NCBI GenBank assembly: GCA_951406725.2 | Contig: OX597827.1 | Span: 44,826,001-44,890,000 of the forward strand | Reading direction: 5' to 3' | From: Octopus vulgaris | Taxonomy: Eukaryota | Length of the DNA: 64,000 nt | Part shown: positions 38,683 to 53,573 of the stretch, piece after piece | How the letters are laid out: each line of letters begins with the position of its first letter | Numbering within the stretch: the stretch's first letter is position 1 | Translations under genes and position numbers: made by a program | The notes under the pieces: generated by a model | What the model was told of the DNA's origin: nothing | The model's database searches: none | What the model saw: the letters and a program-made list of their open reading frames with translations, nothing else

Positions 38683-39206
38683 GATACACATACATACATA
38701 TACATATGTATGTGTATTTGTATGTGTATATATACACACATACACACGTGTGTATGTGTGTGTATTCTAATTAAATCAGAAATGAATTATAACTCTTGTG
38801 CAAGCAGTAACAACAACACCAGCAGCAGCAGCAGCAATAATCCAGCTGCCATGGTTACACATACTTGACACTGCTGTTTCTCTATTAAACTTATTGTCTC
38901 TTCTTGCTTGCTTAAAAAGAGATAGAAAAGGACAAGAAAACAGCCAACAACACACAACAATAGTGGGTTGGAGTGGAGTGGAGCTGAGGTGGAGTGGAGT
39001 GGAGCTGGAGTGGAGCTTTAGTTTGCTTCTTTGAGTCTAGTTCTGTATATTTTTTTTTCCTGTTTTTTTCTTTTTTTTGTTATTGTTTTTTTTCTTTTTT
39101 CTTCTTTTTTTTCTCTCTCCTCCATCTTTTCACTCACCTCCACTACCACCTGCCTTCTTTTCTGTTTCTGTCTACATTCAAGATAAATATATATATATAC
39201 ACACAT

Positions 39207-39241
<35 letters not shown>

Positions 39242-39478
39242 TATGCATACACTCTCCTACTTCACAATGCATGTATATGTTGTGTGTGTGTGTGTGTGTG
39301 TTTAAAGAAGGAAATATGATAATTAGCTAAAATTGAAATTCTAATCTTTGCTTGGTTTGAACTACCAAAGGTGGTTAGGGCAGTGCTGGTCGAAAATGAC
39401 AATGGCGCTTGTGGGGAAGATGCATGCATTGACAAAGGTGGTGATGATGAGGAAATATTGTTTTCCTTTGTTATATAT

Positions 39479-39517
<39 letters not shown>

Positions 39518-39594
39518 CACACACACACATATATATATACACACACACACACACATATATATACACACACACATATATATATACACACACACAT

Positions 39595-39627
<33 letters not shown>

Positions 39628-39647
39628 CACACACACACACATATATG

Positions 39648-39690
<43 letters not shown>

Positions 39691-40965
39691 CTATATATAT
39701 GTATATATACATATATATATATATGTATATATACATACATACATATATATATGTATATATACACACACACACACATACACACATACAGAGTGGGAGAGAG
39801 TAGATTTTTATGTTCCGGACTAGAGGACAGAAGGTGGAGGGAAGGGGTTTATTTTTTCTTTCCTTTTTTTTTTTCTTTTTCCTGTGTTTTTTTTTTCCCT
39901 TTTTTCTCCTATTTATCTTTTCCATTCCAAGAGAGAGAAAAAAGTGACATCATCATTGTTGTTGCCTTAGATTTTATTTAACTAGGCTTTTTACCTTGTC
40001 TGTCTCTGTGTCTCTCCTCCTCTCTCTCTCTAAGTTTATTAGTACTAACTGTTGTACTATTGTAGTGGTGGTGGTGGTGGAGGACCTACTATTCTTTGCC
40101 CTCCTTGCATCTGATGGCATCTAAGCCCGAGTCATCTCTGATCCAGTAGACGTGTGATCAAAGGCATTCCATCCATGACCAACCCATCTTTTTCTATGTG
40201 CAAGAAACCCCAGACGCCACTCACACATTATTCAGTGTGTTAAGATAGTTGGATGTGATTAAACCCTTCAGCACTCAGATTATTCTTTAGTCAAATGCAA
40301 TGTTTATTTAATTACATTGTTTTGAACTAATCCTGCATTATCTTGTAGCTTTGCGATCTTGGTGCTGAGATTGTTTACTTTTATACTAACACTGTAGGGT
40401 TAGTGTGAGATGCCAGATCCAGTCAGTCTGAACATTAACCGGATAGAATACTTTGGTTGAATATTACCAGTTTAAAATGCTGAAGGGTTAAGTGAGGTTT
40501 GACTGGCGGGGTGGGGTGGGGTTCTAACAGATCCTCGTCAAACCAAGTGAAATCATAGTTGTGGCCAATGTTAGTGTCACATAACTTGGCACCCGTGTCG
40601 GTGGCATGTAAAAAAAGCATCCATTACACTCTTGGAGTGGTCGGCATTAGGAAGGGCATCCAGCTGTAGAAACCATGCCAAACCAGATTGAACCTGGTAC
40701 AGCTCTCCAGCTTACCAGTTTCAGTCAAACTGTCTAACCCATACCAGCATGGAAAGCAGGTGCTAAATGATGATGGTGATTGAATGACCATGTAAGTAGC
40801 TCCTGACTGATGTAGAATAATACTGGTGGCAGTAGTGATGTTTTTATTTGCTCCTAAAGCAACCTTTACTGCAAAGACCTATGGTTCAAGAACATCCAAA
40901 CCATGACCATCTCATCTGTTTGGATGGTATATCTCAGGCTTCCTTCAGTCATGCTCGACTATGAA

Positions 40966-41202
40966 TTTCTTATTTCTTTACTACCCACAAGGGCCTAAAC
41001 ACAGTGGGGACAAACAATGACAGACAAATGGATTAAGTCAATTAGATTGACCCCAGTGTATAACTGGTACTTATTTAATCAACCCAGAAAGGATGAAAGG
41101 CAAAGTCGACCTCGGCGGAATTTGAACTCAGAACGTAGCGGCAGACGAAATACCGCTAAGCATTTCGCCTGGCATGCTAACGTTTCTGCCAGCTCGCTGC
41201 CT
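40966..41202 (-). mobile_element. tRNA-derived SINE family B
   Basis: Minus strand: ggcagcgagctggcagaaacgttagc...gttctgagttcaaattccgccgaggtcgactttgcctttcatcctttc...aagtaccag. Further copies at 44144-44350 (+) and clusters at 43000-43560 and 46000-47110. Confidence 0.8.
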
Positions 41203-43189
41203 TATGACCACGAATTTCTGCACATGGAAAGTTCGTTTCCTAAGATCAGGTGTTGGCACGGGTATTTTGTGAAAGACTAGCTGTTGTCCATGCCTGCAAG
41301 TCTCTCCTCGCCATTCTACCCATGCTTTCCAAGTTAAAAGACAGGACTGATGAAACTTGGCACAAAGTGCCATCACGGACATCGTGATCAGAATACAAAC
41401 AGCTGGAATAGATACCACAGAGCATCCTATGCTAAATTCTAACAGTTCCATCAATCCAACACCCTAAAAGTATCCTTTTTTTTTATATTGATTCCTAATA
41501 GACATAAGGCAAAGTTGACTTAATTCAGCAGGAATTGAACTCAGGATACAGAGAGTTGAGACAAACATCATGAAAAACTGTATCCAATTTCTTTAGTGAC
41601 TCTGCCAGTTCACCAGACCTTCATTGAACCACACACTAAATCTGAAGTATGAGAAAATATTTTAGATAATATAATCCTGTTTCCCCTAAAAGACAAGATG
41701 TTAAACAGCCAGAAATGTTTATGCCTTTTGGTATTCATCTATGTTCTTTAGTGTTTTAACTTTAAATTTTGATAGGTTTGACATCATCTTTGAATGTTTC
41801 ACTTGTTTTATTGACCACTTCTCATTATCATTTAACATCCATTTTCCATGCTGGCATGGGTTGAACTGACATTGATAAATCAAGTAACAAGATTGAATAT
41901 AAGCCCTATATTGTTTTCTGTATTGTTGTTTAGCACCATGTGAGCTGTGATTCAGAAAACGCCTTATTATCGACTATTCTTTTCATTTCGACGAGTATAG
42001 TATCCTGTATGTTCTTCCATTTTTAACTCTTTAGCATTCAGATTTCTCTGTCAGATGTAATGCTTATCTGCTCACATTGTTTTGAATTAATCATGCAGTA
42101 CCTCATAGCTTCAAGATTTCAATGATGCGATTGTTATTTTCAGAATGACATTACAGGATAAATGTTAGAAACTGGATCTGACTAGTTTGAACATAAAACA
42201 AGGAGAGTATTTGGAGCCAGACGTGGCTGGTTTAAATTCTAAAATGTTAAGATAGGAGAGTATGAAATTTTCCCAAAATATTTGTCTACTCTTTCTAGCA
42301 AAGCTGAGTGACATTTTAGTGGCCAGCCCTTACTGTCTTGCAGTGTTCAATGTAATATATTGTTGCAGCTTTCGGCCTCTGACAACTGGCTGTATTTAGT
42401 GAGGCATCCAAGGATAATTTAACTTGACCTGTCTCATTAATTTTCACTTGTAATGCTATGAGAACGGTCTCTTAATCAATAATGAAATTGCTCCCACAGC
42501 CTTGTTTAGTTGAGTGACCAGGTAAGATTTCATTTCAAGCCACCACAAGCCAACTAATCAGCTTTGTAATTCTGCCTTATTTCCTCTTCTCTCCTGTTCA
42601 AAATTTTTTTTTCTCTCCAGATTCTGGTGAATTCTTCCAAATTTATACTGAAATACATTACCAACCTGAATGGTACACTACATGATCAGTTTAACTTGAC
42701 CATGTAGTAAATTGACTGTTTTCAGTTTAGCATATCTGTTTTAGAAAGGAACATTTTTGCCATAGTTAAATTAGGGGCCAGCAAAGCATTTTTATTTTTT
42801 TAATATTTTGTAAAGTAGGCTATATTGGAATTCTATTGCATTGAGGGTCAAAGCATATGAAAAAAACAATAACAATGAAACCCTGATCATACAAGTCTAT
42901 AGAAACAGCTAGCTGTTTGTTTTTAAAAAAATTTTACTGTGGCTGTGTGGTTAAGAGGCTTGCATTGCAGTCACATGGTTTCCTCTCTACTATAAACACA
43001 CAACCAGAAATTTGGCTGGTGGGGGAATAATTAAGGTCATTGACCCCATTGTTTGACTGCTAATTATTTTAGGCCAAGTCAACCTTAATGGAATTTGAAC
43101 TCAGAACATAAAGCTGGAAAAAATGCCACTTGGCGTTTTGTCCAACATGCTTATAAATGTGCCAATTCACTGCCTAACTAATAATGATG

Positions 43190-43234
<45 letters not shown>

Positions 43235-45142
43235 GTTTCTGATTTAAGCACAAGGTCAGCAGTTTTGAGAAGAGAGGTATTACTGAATTTCATTGAACCC
43301 AGTACTTGACTCGTACTTAATGTTATCAGTACCAGAGGGATGAAAGGTAATGATGATCTCAGTAAGATTTCAAATCAGAACATAAGCATAATGTCAGAAA
43401 TCTGAAGGATGGGAATTAATTAAATTGATTCCAGTCGTTATTGACACTTTATTTTATCAAGACCCAGAAGGGTGAGGCAAAGTTGACCCCACCAGGATTT
43501 GAACTCAAAGCTTGAAGAGCCAAAATGAATACTGCAAGGCTCTAATGATTCTTTCAATTCATAAAGGTCTCTCAGATTGGCAGAAAGCCAGTGTTTTATA
43601 GTGGAGAGGTTATAGGGAATCCCAGGATATTATTGGGTCTTATTAACGTTGGCAGAATTTCAGCTGAGTGGCTACGCTGAAAATGGGAACTAGATACTAT
43701 AATTTGGTAGTTAATTTATGCCAACTAAATGTTAACCCAGGCTACATCTGCTCCAATAATCACAGAAAATCTGTGATGGTTGATAATTGATGGCAAAATT
43801 AACTGCTATGGATTGCACTGTCCCAAGGTGTGCATGCATGTGACCAGGGACCACATGTGGGCTTACATTCCCTCTAAAACTCTGAACATGAACTCCACAT
43901 CTCAATAGCAAATGACTACTACATGGCTGGCTGACCATGAGGGATGTGGTGAACTCATTGGTCAGAGCTGGCTCAGCCCATCCCAGGTGGATGCTGCTGA
44001 TTGCTGTGAGGATGAGGATCTTGATTGGTAATAATAAGGGTGTTTTACATAATCTCTTCAACTTAGGAAGAAAGGAAGACCAAGTAAACTTTGTTGTGAT
44101 TTGAACTCACCATCAAGAGGTGTAAATATCTAATACTGGAAGAAGGTGGCAAGCTGGCAGAATTGTTAGCACGCCAGACAAACTGCTTAGTGGCATTTCA
44201 CCCGTTTTTAAGTTCTGAGTTCAAATTACACTGAAGTCAAATTTTCCTTTCACCCATTCAGGGTTGATAAAATAAGTACCAGGTGAGCACTAAGGGTCAA
44301 TGTAATTGACTTACTTTCTCCCCCTGAACCTGCTGCCCTTGTGCCTACAAATTTTGACCCCCTGTACTTGATTGATGTAAAAGCTAATGTCAACCTCAAT
44401 CGGATTTGAGCTTGAATCATAAATGGACATTGATTATTTAATAGATGTCCATAAAGGCCTTAGATTGAACAGGAGTCTGGGAAAACTTCAAGGAAATTGA
44501 TCTCAGTATGTGGCTTGTATTTATTTTATCGACTCTCAAAGAATAAATGACTAAGTCACCCCAAGCAGGATTAAAAATCATAATCTATTGGGACGTAATT
44601 AAGTACCACAAGGTATTTAATCTTCCTCTCTATTGATTTATTTCTAAACATTTACTTCTTCATTACCTTTATTATTATTGTTACTACTGTTGTTGTTGTT
44701 CAGATCATTACTGCAATATGCAAAAATAAAAGAACAATATTAACTGTTTGTCTAACAAGGTGCATTCATTGCTACACACACCCCATACTCCTCGCCTTTC
44801 CCTTCACATTCTGCCTTTTCACCCCCAACCCCCTGCTTTCACGACTACTATTTTTATCTCTCTATTTTCTCCCCTTTCTGCATCTTCTTTTTCTCATCTC
44901 CCTCTGCCTTCTCCTCCTCCTACTCCTTCACTTTGTTGTGTCTGTTTTTCTAGTGAATGCACACATGCAATCAGACATATGCATTTCTGAAAATGCCTAC
45001 AGGAACATGCGTGCACATATACATACATGCATGCATGCTTGCAGGTGTACAAATACATGCTTTATCAGGAAATACGTGCATTATCAGGTGCACACAGATG
45101 TATGCAATTAGTTAATGCATAAGTATGTGGCTGCAAAAAAAT

Positions 45143-45173
<31 letters not shown>

Positions 45174-45801
45174 ATATGCAGAGGTGTAAATGCAAACACT
45201 CGTACAAAAATAACATATGCATATAATACACATACACATGTATGGATGTGCATATGCACCTGCATGCAAGCTTTCTCTCTCTCTTTTTCTCTCCCTCTTT
45301 CTTTCTCTGTCACATATACACGCAGATGGAAACTTTACACAAACACACACACATGCATGCATAAAAATATATGCATGTATGTAAAGAGGAAATTACACAT
45401 ACAAACACATTTATCTACACATGCACATATCCACACACTTATGTGCAATTTTGCACACAGAATCTCTCACACACACACACACACAATCACATGTATATTG
45501 ACACTGCCACATGAAGAAAATTTTCTCTTCTAGTTTCACATGCATTTATATAAACCACAGTTATCTGTAATTAAACACATATACACATGTATGTGTATAC
45601 ACACACACACACACACGCACACACTGACAACAATGTCACATTTCAAGGCAAGAATATTCCATGTAGAATGTTAATTGACAAAAGAATTTCCTTCAGAATT
45701 GAGGAATTTAGAGTAAAACAATTTTATCCGTTTCTCTCAATTCCTTCTTTACTCCTTCCACCTTCTCCATCCATCCTTGTCTTTTTCTTTCTTTATCATT
45801 T

Positions 45802-45848
<47 letters not shown>

Positions 45849-46194
45849 TATGCAATAACTGCTCAAAATACTGACCTACATCAGTACACATTATCATCAT
45901 CATCATCATCAGTGAATTAATGGAATCAGTAATCTACAAACATACCTAAAGCTGTCTGCTAAATAATAAAATCTACATCTAGAAGGCTTCCAATCATAAT
46001 TATAATGGTTTCAGATTTTGACACAAGGCCAGCAATTTCAGGTGGAGTGGGGTTAAGTCGATTACATCAACTCCATTACTCAACTAGTATTTATTTTATC
46101 AATCCCAAAAGGATGAAAGGCAAAGTCAACCTCAGCACATCACATATTGCTACTACTGCTACATTATGAAAGACAGTTTTTACATTGGCTTGTT

Positions 46195-46382
46195 CAGTGT
46201 TCAGCAACCTTTTTTCACTTGCAGTATTCTCTTATATTCTTTTCAAAATTCAGTGGCACACCTGAACTAAAAACATAACTAAAAGTATAACAGGAAACAT
46301 TATATTCGGGTTACACTGTGGCACACCTAGCATTGTCTCATGGCACACCAGTGTGCCACAGCATACCATTTGCGAAGCACTG
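46195..46382. mobile_element. hAT MITE with 8-bp target-site duplication
   Basis: TIRs CAGTGTTCAGCAA / TTGCGAAGCACTG flanked by GGCTTGTT (46187-46194) and GGCTAGTT (46383-46390); it splits a family-B SINE. Confidence 0.75.
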
Positions 46383-47119
46383 GGCTAGTTCAATCATGAT
46401 GCTCATTCATCAATCCTGAAGGGATAGGGATTACAAGCAAAGCCAACCTCAGTGGAATTTGAACTCAGAATGTCGAGAGCCAGAAGAAATGTCCCCGGGC
46501 ATTTTCATCTGACATGATAAAACTTTTGCCAGCTCACTGCCTTAATAATAATAGTAAGTAATCCTTTCTATTAAAGGCACAAGGCCTAAAAGTTTGGGGA
46601 GGGGACTAGTTGATTACATCGACACCAGTGTTTCACTGGTACTTAATTTATAAATCCCGAAAAGATGAAAAGCAAAGTCGACTTTGGTGGAATTTGAACT
46701 CAGAACATAAGGATGGACAAAATACCACTAAGCATTTTGCCTGACATGCTAATGGTTCTTATTTCTTTACTGTCCAGAAGGGGCTATACACAGAGGGGAC
46801 AAACAAGGACAGACAAACAGATTAAGTCGATTATATCGACTCCAATACGTAACTGGTACTTATTTAATTGAACGTTGTGGCAGACGAAATACCACTAAGC
46901 ATTTCGCCCGGAGTGCTAATGGTACTGCCAGCTCACTGCCTTGACACAAGGCCAGCAGTTTTGAGGGGAGGGGCATAGTTAATACTATTGAACCCAGGAG
47001 ATTCCTGGACTAACCCCTTCTGCTCAAAGTTGCTGGCCTTGTGTTAAAATATGTAATCGACTAGCCTCCCTTCCCCCAAAATTCCAGGCCTTATGCCTAT
47101 AGTAGAAAGGATTATCATG

Positions 47120-47158
<39 letters not shown>

Positions 47159-47262
47159 TTTACTGTTATTAAATGGTGAGGTGGCAGAATATTTAGTGCA
47201 TGCTAGAATGGGTCAGCCATTGGCAGGAAGTGGAATGATTAGGGAAAGTGATACAAATGCTT

Positions 47263-47300
<38 letters not shown>

Positions 47301-48154
47301 GCAGAGGCAAAAGAGAGACTGCCTGGTAAGGTCATAAGTATGGGATATGTAGTTGGTGTTAATTAACATTAAGATAACATGAAGAGTTAGGTCTCATGAT
47401 TCATCTTCATGTTGTTTTCTAGGGACTAGTAGTGTCCCTATACTTAATGTTGTTGTTTGGTCTAAGGTCAGCCCTGTCCTTTCTCCTTAATTATTATATA
47501 TCTGGGATTTCCATCTGAAATGTGTCCATCCCTTTATATATATATATATATAGTTGTTGGATTTGAGTGATTTCAGAAACCACAGAGAGGTTTCCTCTTT
47601 GTGGTTGTGCTTTGTAGGACATCATCATAGACTGGCTTGTGTGTGTGTGTGTGTGTGTATGAGGTAGTGTCTAGTTATGGTTGAATGGTTAGAGCAATTG
47701 GCTTGTGTATGTTTGAGGTAGGGGGTAGTCACGGTTGAATGGTTTAGACATGTCATTGTGTGTGGTGTGCTTGTTTGTGTTTTAGGGTGTAGCTATGGCT
47801 GACTGGTTAAACTTGGTGTGGCATGGTGTGGGGTGTGTGTGTGTAGTAAAGAGTTCTCATTGATGAATGGCTAAGAAGTTGGCTTGAGTATTTTTGTGTG
47901 CTAGCATGGTCTACAATATGAAGAAGCTCCCTTTTGTCATTGTGAAACCCAGATTTAAATCCCACTGCATGGCAATGCAAGCTAGTGTGTCCTACCTTAG
48001 CCCCAGATCAATCCAATGGCCCAGAGCTTACTTCCAGTTTTCATAACATTAAACAGATGAAAGACAAATTGTTCCTCAAGATATGGCACTGATGTGGTTA
48101 AGAAGCTCCATTTGTAACTATTTTCTCCTGAGCTTTGGTCCTACAACATCCATA

Positions 48155-48378
48155 TGAAAGATATTGTTGTATACAGTGCTCAGGTGCACTACAACTAAGA
48201 AAAAAAAAAGGGCAGTCAGGTGTTCTGTTGGAGGATTTCAGGAAGCATGGAAGTTTTGAGGGATGTAGTGTCTCAATAGCTAATGATTGATGTGGGTAGT
48301 TTATTCCATGCTTCACCAATTCTGAGCCAGAAAAAGTGTTTCTCAAAATCATGGGTGTTGTGTTGGTTTTTGATTTTG
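48155..48378 (-). mobile_element. CR1-clade LINE 3' fragment (decayed)
   Basis: Minus frame HDFEKHFFWLRIGEAWNKLPTSIISY*DTTSLKTSM resembles the CR1 ORF2 C-terminal motif R.HFFS.RV...WN.LP..VV......FK. Confidence 0.65.
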
Positions 48379-49530
48379 TAAGCCAGTGGCACGTAAAAAG
48401 AACCCACTACACTCACGGAGTGGTTGGCGTTAGGAAGGGCATCCAGCCGTAGAAGCATTGCCAGGTCAGACTGGGCCTGGTGCAGCCTTCTGGCCTCCCA
48501 GACCCCAGTTGAACCGTCCAACCCATGCTAGCATGGAAAGCGGACACTAAATGATGATGATGATAATGATGTCCATGAGCATTTAACATATGATAGCTGC
48601 CTTGTGGTGATTATTGTGGATATTGGTTTATATCTTACCTGTGTGTGTGTGTGAAAAGAGGGTTAAAATCAGCTTCATGTTTCATTTGTCTGGAGTCTTC
48701 GTCAAACATAACAAACTCTGTTTGAACTATCCTCAAAAGGTTTGAAGTATCAGTCAATCTCCTTTTATATAAAAGAGATTTACTCTATATCCAGTTTGGA
48801 GTGCCTTCATCAGTAAATGTTTATTACCCTTTTAAAACTTAACATTAAAGTGTGTGAGTGTGCTTGTAAAAGTGCACACACACACACACACACACATATA
48901 TGCTATGTATATATGATGTGATGTGTGGTATATAATTGAGGGAGAAAGAGAAATGAGATGAGCTAGCATGAATAAAATGCTGAGAAATTGACCCAGAGGT
49001 CATGAGTTCAAGTGTTACCATTGGTATTTTCTGCTGTATCCCTGTAGGCAAAAGACCTTTCTTATTCCTGTCCTCCTTTTATAACTGCTAACACAATACA
49101 CAATGGAACTACTTAAATAACCTTGTACCACGCCCTCTTTCATAGTTGGATGGTTCCCATTAAATAGAAGTTATCCAGCTGTGTAATGCAAGTTTCCATT
49201 GATTCATACCAATGTAGTTGTTGGTGTTTAGGTGTTTAGCCCAAGGTCAACTCTTTTGGGTCACCCCTAGGAGCAGACTTAAGTTGTAGTAGTGATCACT
49301 TCTCCTTTTTGTATATTTGTTGTAACTACATTGTCTACTGGATTCTTGTTTTTTTTTTTCTTTTCTTTAATTTTAAAAGATTATTTAAAAGGTTAATAAT
49401 TTAAAAGATTAATAATTATTATTATTTCTTTCTGAGATTTTAAAAGATTATTATTTCCAGCCGGTTAACTCCTTAGATACTAACCTCCTAAAAAGACCCT
49501 TGATTTCATGATTCTAAGTCCCTGTCTTAA

Positions 49531-49750
49531 CCCTTTTGATACCAACCCACCTGAAACTGCCTCTGGCTCTGTAGTACAAATGTCTTGTTCTCAAAAGTTC
49601 TGAATTAAAATCTTCCACTAAACCTTAGTCACAATTTATATTCCTAACACTAGGTTAATGATAACAAAGTTATTCTACTAAATTCTTTGTTATATTTAAA
49701 ATTAATTGTAAGAAACATAAAGCATCTCAACAAATATGGTAACAAAAGGG
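49531..49750. mobile_element. piggyBac-type MITE, second family
   Basis: TTAA-CCCTTTTGATACC ... GGTAACAAAAGGG-TTAA. Related fragments at ~12105-12190/13800-13850, 31985-32090 and 59125-59377. Confidence 0.75.
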
Positions 49751-51140
49751 TTAAGCTTTCAGATGACTCTGTCAAACAAAATTCCTGTTTATTCAAATTG
49801 GTTTGAATTAATCACACATTATCTCATTGCTGCAAGATTTCAATGATGTGACAGTATATTTTTAGAATGACATTGTATGGTAGATGTGACAGGCTGAATC
49901 TGGCCAGTTTGAACATAAGACATAGACTATTTCAGTTTGAAATGTCTGGTTTAAATGTTAAAGAACTCTAAATTAAAACCTTCCATCAAAATTCCAAGTC
50001 AATTTATTCTCTGAACACCAGCTTATTTTGATAAATTCTTCGTGATCTTCAAAATTGATTTAACCCTTTAGTATTTAAACCGGCCATATCCGGCCAAAAT
50101 ATTTAATCTGCTTTATGTTCAAACTGACCAGATCCAGGCTGTCACACCTACCCTACAATGCTATTCTACATTAAGTAATTACACCATCAAGATCTTGAAG
50201 ATGTGAGATAATGCATGATTAATTCAAATCAATGTGAACCAATAAGCATTATGTTTGATAGAATAATCTGAACACTAAAGAGTTAAACTGACCATATCCG
50301 ACCAAAATATTCTACTTGTTTAAACTGACTAGATTCAGCTTCTCACATCAAGCCTACAATGTCATTCTGTGAATAAACAATCATATCATCGAAATATTGA
50401 AGCTAAGAGATAATGCATGATTAATTCAAAACAATCTGAATAAATAAATAATACATTTGACAGAGTAATCTGGATGCAAGAACAGTTTAATTTTAGCGAA
50501 ATTTGGTAACAAAGGGGTTAATGGACTTTATAGAAACATCCCTATTGGTTCCTTTTACTGTCTATTTGTATAGCTACTCTAAGCCATTCTAACCCTTGGC
50601 ATTTGGAGGAACGGTTGTTGCTGTTGTTGTTATTGTTGTAGTTCAACGTAGACTCTAATTGAGCAGAGTTATGATCAAAGGCAGTCAAGCCATGACCATC
50701 ACATCTTATTTTAAAAGAAATGTCATCCCTATTCTGACTACAAACTGAAACATTCTTTTATATATATTAAAATTAAAATAAAAATGATCTGAAGGAGATT
50801 TGGTGGGGCCCTCCTGCATGTAGAGCTAATTGAATGACTCCCATAGAGGCTTGCTTTTGGTTGAGCAGCCATGCAGAGGCATCATTGGTTTGATGAATAA
50901 AGGGGTAACCAAATATAAAATGTAAAGAATAACAATATCAATAAATAAAATTTAGTGTTAGCATTCTTTGGAACATTGATCTCTTCATTAGGCTCTGGAT
51001 AGAAAAGTGGGGGAAAAAATAAGATAATATTTGCATCTGTACTATCTATCTTCTATAGTGAAAGTACATAGCTTAACAGTCAGGGTGTTGGGTTCATGTT
51101 TATAGAGTTGTTGGTTCAATTCCTGAGCTAGGAATATATG

Positions 51141-51515
51141 GGAGTGGTTATGTGCTAAGTAGCTTGCTTACCAACCACATGGCTCAGGGTTCAGTCCCAC
51201 TGCATGGCACCTTGGGCAAGTGTCTTCTACTATAGCCTTAGGCTGACCAAAGCCTTGTGAGTGGAATTGGTAGACGGAAACTGAAAGAAGCCCATTGTAT
51301 ATGTGTGTCTGTGTTTGTCTCCCCACCACCACCACCATCGCTTGACAACCGATGCTGGTGTTTTTAGGTCCCCGTAACTTAGCGGTCTGGCAAAAGAGGC
51401 TGATAGAATAAGTACTAGGCTTACAAAGAACAAGTCCTGGGGTCGATTTTCTCGACTAAAGGCGGTGCTCCAGCATGGCCGCAGTCAAATGACTGAAACA
51501 AGTAAAAGAATATAA
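51141..51515 (+). mobile_element. tRNA-derived SINE family A
   Basis: Complete head-to-tail copy with flanking GAATATA on both sides. Confidence 0.85.
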
Positions 51516-51770
51516 GAATAAGCCAGCTAGATCCAGCCCAAATACTCAACCTGTTTTATGCTCACAGTGGCCAGATCCCACTTCTCAAACCTAGCCTGCA
51601 ATGTCATTCTAATGATATACAACCACATCATCAAATTCCAAAGCTTCAAGTAGTGCCTGTTTAATTCAAAGCAATGTGAATAAATAAGCATTGCCTTTGA
51701 CAGAATAATCTGAATGCTAAAGGGTTAAACTGAAGCGTGTGAAGACTTGAGTTGCTAGTGCATATATGAG

Positions 51771-51821
<51 letters not shown>

Positions 51822-51822
<1 letters not shown>

Positions 51823-53321
51823 AAATGCAGTTCGGTTTTGTACCAGGTAGAAGCACCACTGATGCTATATTCCTGGTCCGACAACTGCAGGAGAAGTACC
51901 TAGCTAAAGATAAACCCCTCTACATAGCTTTTGTAGACTTGGAGAAAGCCTTTGACAGGGTTCCCCGTTCCCTTATCTGGTGGTCGATGCGGAAACTGGA
52001 GATTGAAGAATGGCTAATAAGGGCTGTACAGGCTCTATACAGAGAGGCTGTCAGCAAGGTTAGGATTGGCAACGAATATAGTGAAGAATTCCGAGTAGAA
52101 GTAGGTGTGCACCAGGGCTCAGCCCTCAGTCCCCTTTTATTCATCATAGTCCTTCAGGCAATAACAGAGGAATTCAAAACGGGATGCCCCTGGGAGCTCC
52201 TCTATGCCGATGACCTAGCTCTCATAGCAGAATCACTACCGGAACTAGAAGAGAAATTTCGGGTGTGGAAGCAAGGGTTGGAATCAAAAGGCCTTAGAAT
52301 AAATGTAGCAAAGACCAAAGTATTAGTAAGCAGCAAGAGGTACTCAGCACACATCCCCTCGGGTAGGTGGCCCTGCTCAACCTGTAGGAAAGGTACAGGT
52401 AGAAACTCCATAAGATGCACCCAATGTAAGTTATGGACACATAAGAGGTGCAGCAACATTAAAGGGAAATTAACAGATAAGATAGCTTTCATGTGCGGCA
52501 GATGCACAGGGACAATAGACACAACAGACACTCAGAAAACAGATTCCATTACACTCCAGGGAGAGAAACTAGAAGTAGTTGATAGTTTCCGCTACCTGGG
52601 AGACCAAGTTAGTAGCGGAGGTGGATGCACAGAGAGTATCACCACTAGAATACGAATAGCCTGGGCAAAGTTCAGAAAGCTCCTACCCCTACTGGCAACA
52701 AAAGGTCTCTCCCTCAGAGCAAAAGGTAGATTGTATGATGCATGTGTGCGAACTGCCATGCTTCACGGTAATGAAACATGGGCTGTGACTGCAGAAGACA
52801 TGCATAGACTTGAAAGAAATGAAGCTAGCATGATCCGCTGGATGTGTAGTGTCAGTGTGCACGCAAAACAGAGTGTAAGTATCCTGAGAGAAATGCTGGA
52901 TATAAGAAGCATCAGATGTGGTGTGCAAGAGCGACGCTTGCGATGGTATGGTCATGTGCTGCGGATGGATGAAGAGAGATGTGTGAAGAAGTGCCACTCC
53001 CAAACAGTTGAAGGTATCAGGGGGAGAGGTAGACCCAGGAAGACATGGGATGAGGTGGTCAAGCATGACCTCAGAGCATTGGGCCTCACTGAGGCAATGG
53101 CGAAGGACCGAGATCTCTGGAGATATGCTGTGACTACAAAGACCCGGGCTGCTTTCTGCAGCAATTCCACATACCCCCTACCCATTCTAAGTACCCCGGA
53201 TCCCCAAAGTACCCTGGATCCCCAAAGTACCCCGATCCCCAAAGTACCCCGATCCCCAAAGTACCCCGGACCTCGTTGCCCCCGTGCCGCTGACACGTTA
53301 AAATGCTCGAACCGATCGTGA
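51822..53321 (+). CDS. RTE reverse transcriptase ORF, 5'-truncated (no endonuclease), with an embedded PHD-type finger
   Basis: QFGFVPGRSTTDAIF, FVDLEKAFDRV, GVHQGSALSPLLF, YADD (52203), FRYLG, RLRWYGHVLR, RGRGRPRKTW. The ORF-track start MCVCVC is flanking microsatellite. Confidence 0.9.
53191..53270 (+). repeat. 17-18-bp tandem repeat (gtacccc[g]gatccccaaa, ~4.5 copies) at the RTE ORF end
   Basis: Directly visible tandem units. Confidence 0.85.
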
Positions 53322-53537
53322 CGATGCCAGACCCTCCGGCCCCTGTGCAGGTGGCACGTAAAAAGCACCCAATCCACTCACGGAGTGGTTGGCGTTAGGA
53401 AGGGCATCCAGCCGTAGAAACTCTGCCAGATTCAGACTGGAGCCTGGAGCGGCCCCTGGCTTCCCAGACCCGGTCAAACCGTCCAACCCGTGCTAGCGCG
53501 GAAAGCGGACGTTAAACGATGATGATGATGATGATGA

Positions 53538-53573
<36 letters not shown>

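Larger units (their letters stand above)
51822..53540 (+). mobile_element. 5'-truncated RTE-clade LINE with 3' UTR and (GAT)n tail
   Basis: Uninterrupted RT frame, then a 3' UTR shared with many short copies in the window, a (GAT)n tail, and (TA)n/(TG)n on both flanks. Confidence 0.92.

Noticed and set aside
42600-42710. Strong acceptor-like tttctctccAG as a candidate next MAEA exon
   Set aside because: Downstream frames show no MAEA similarity and hit stops.
43732-44061. 109-aa minus-strand ORF in non-repetitive sequence
   Set aside because: No recognisable motif or splice support.
51920-53377. Minus-strand ORFs over the RTE
   Set aside because: Antisense shadows of the RT reading frame.
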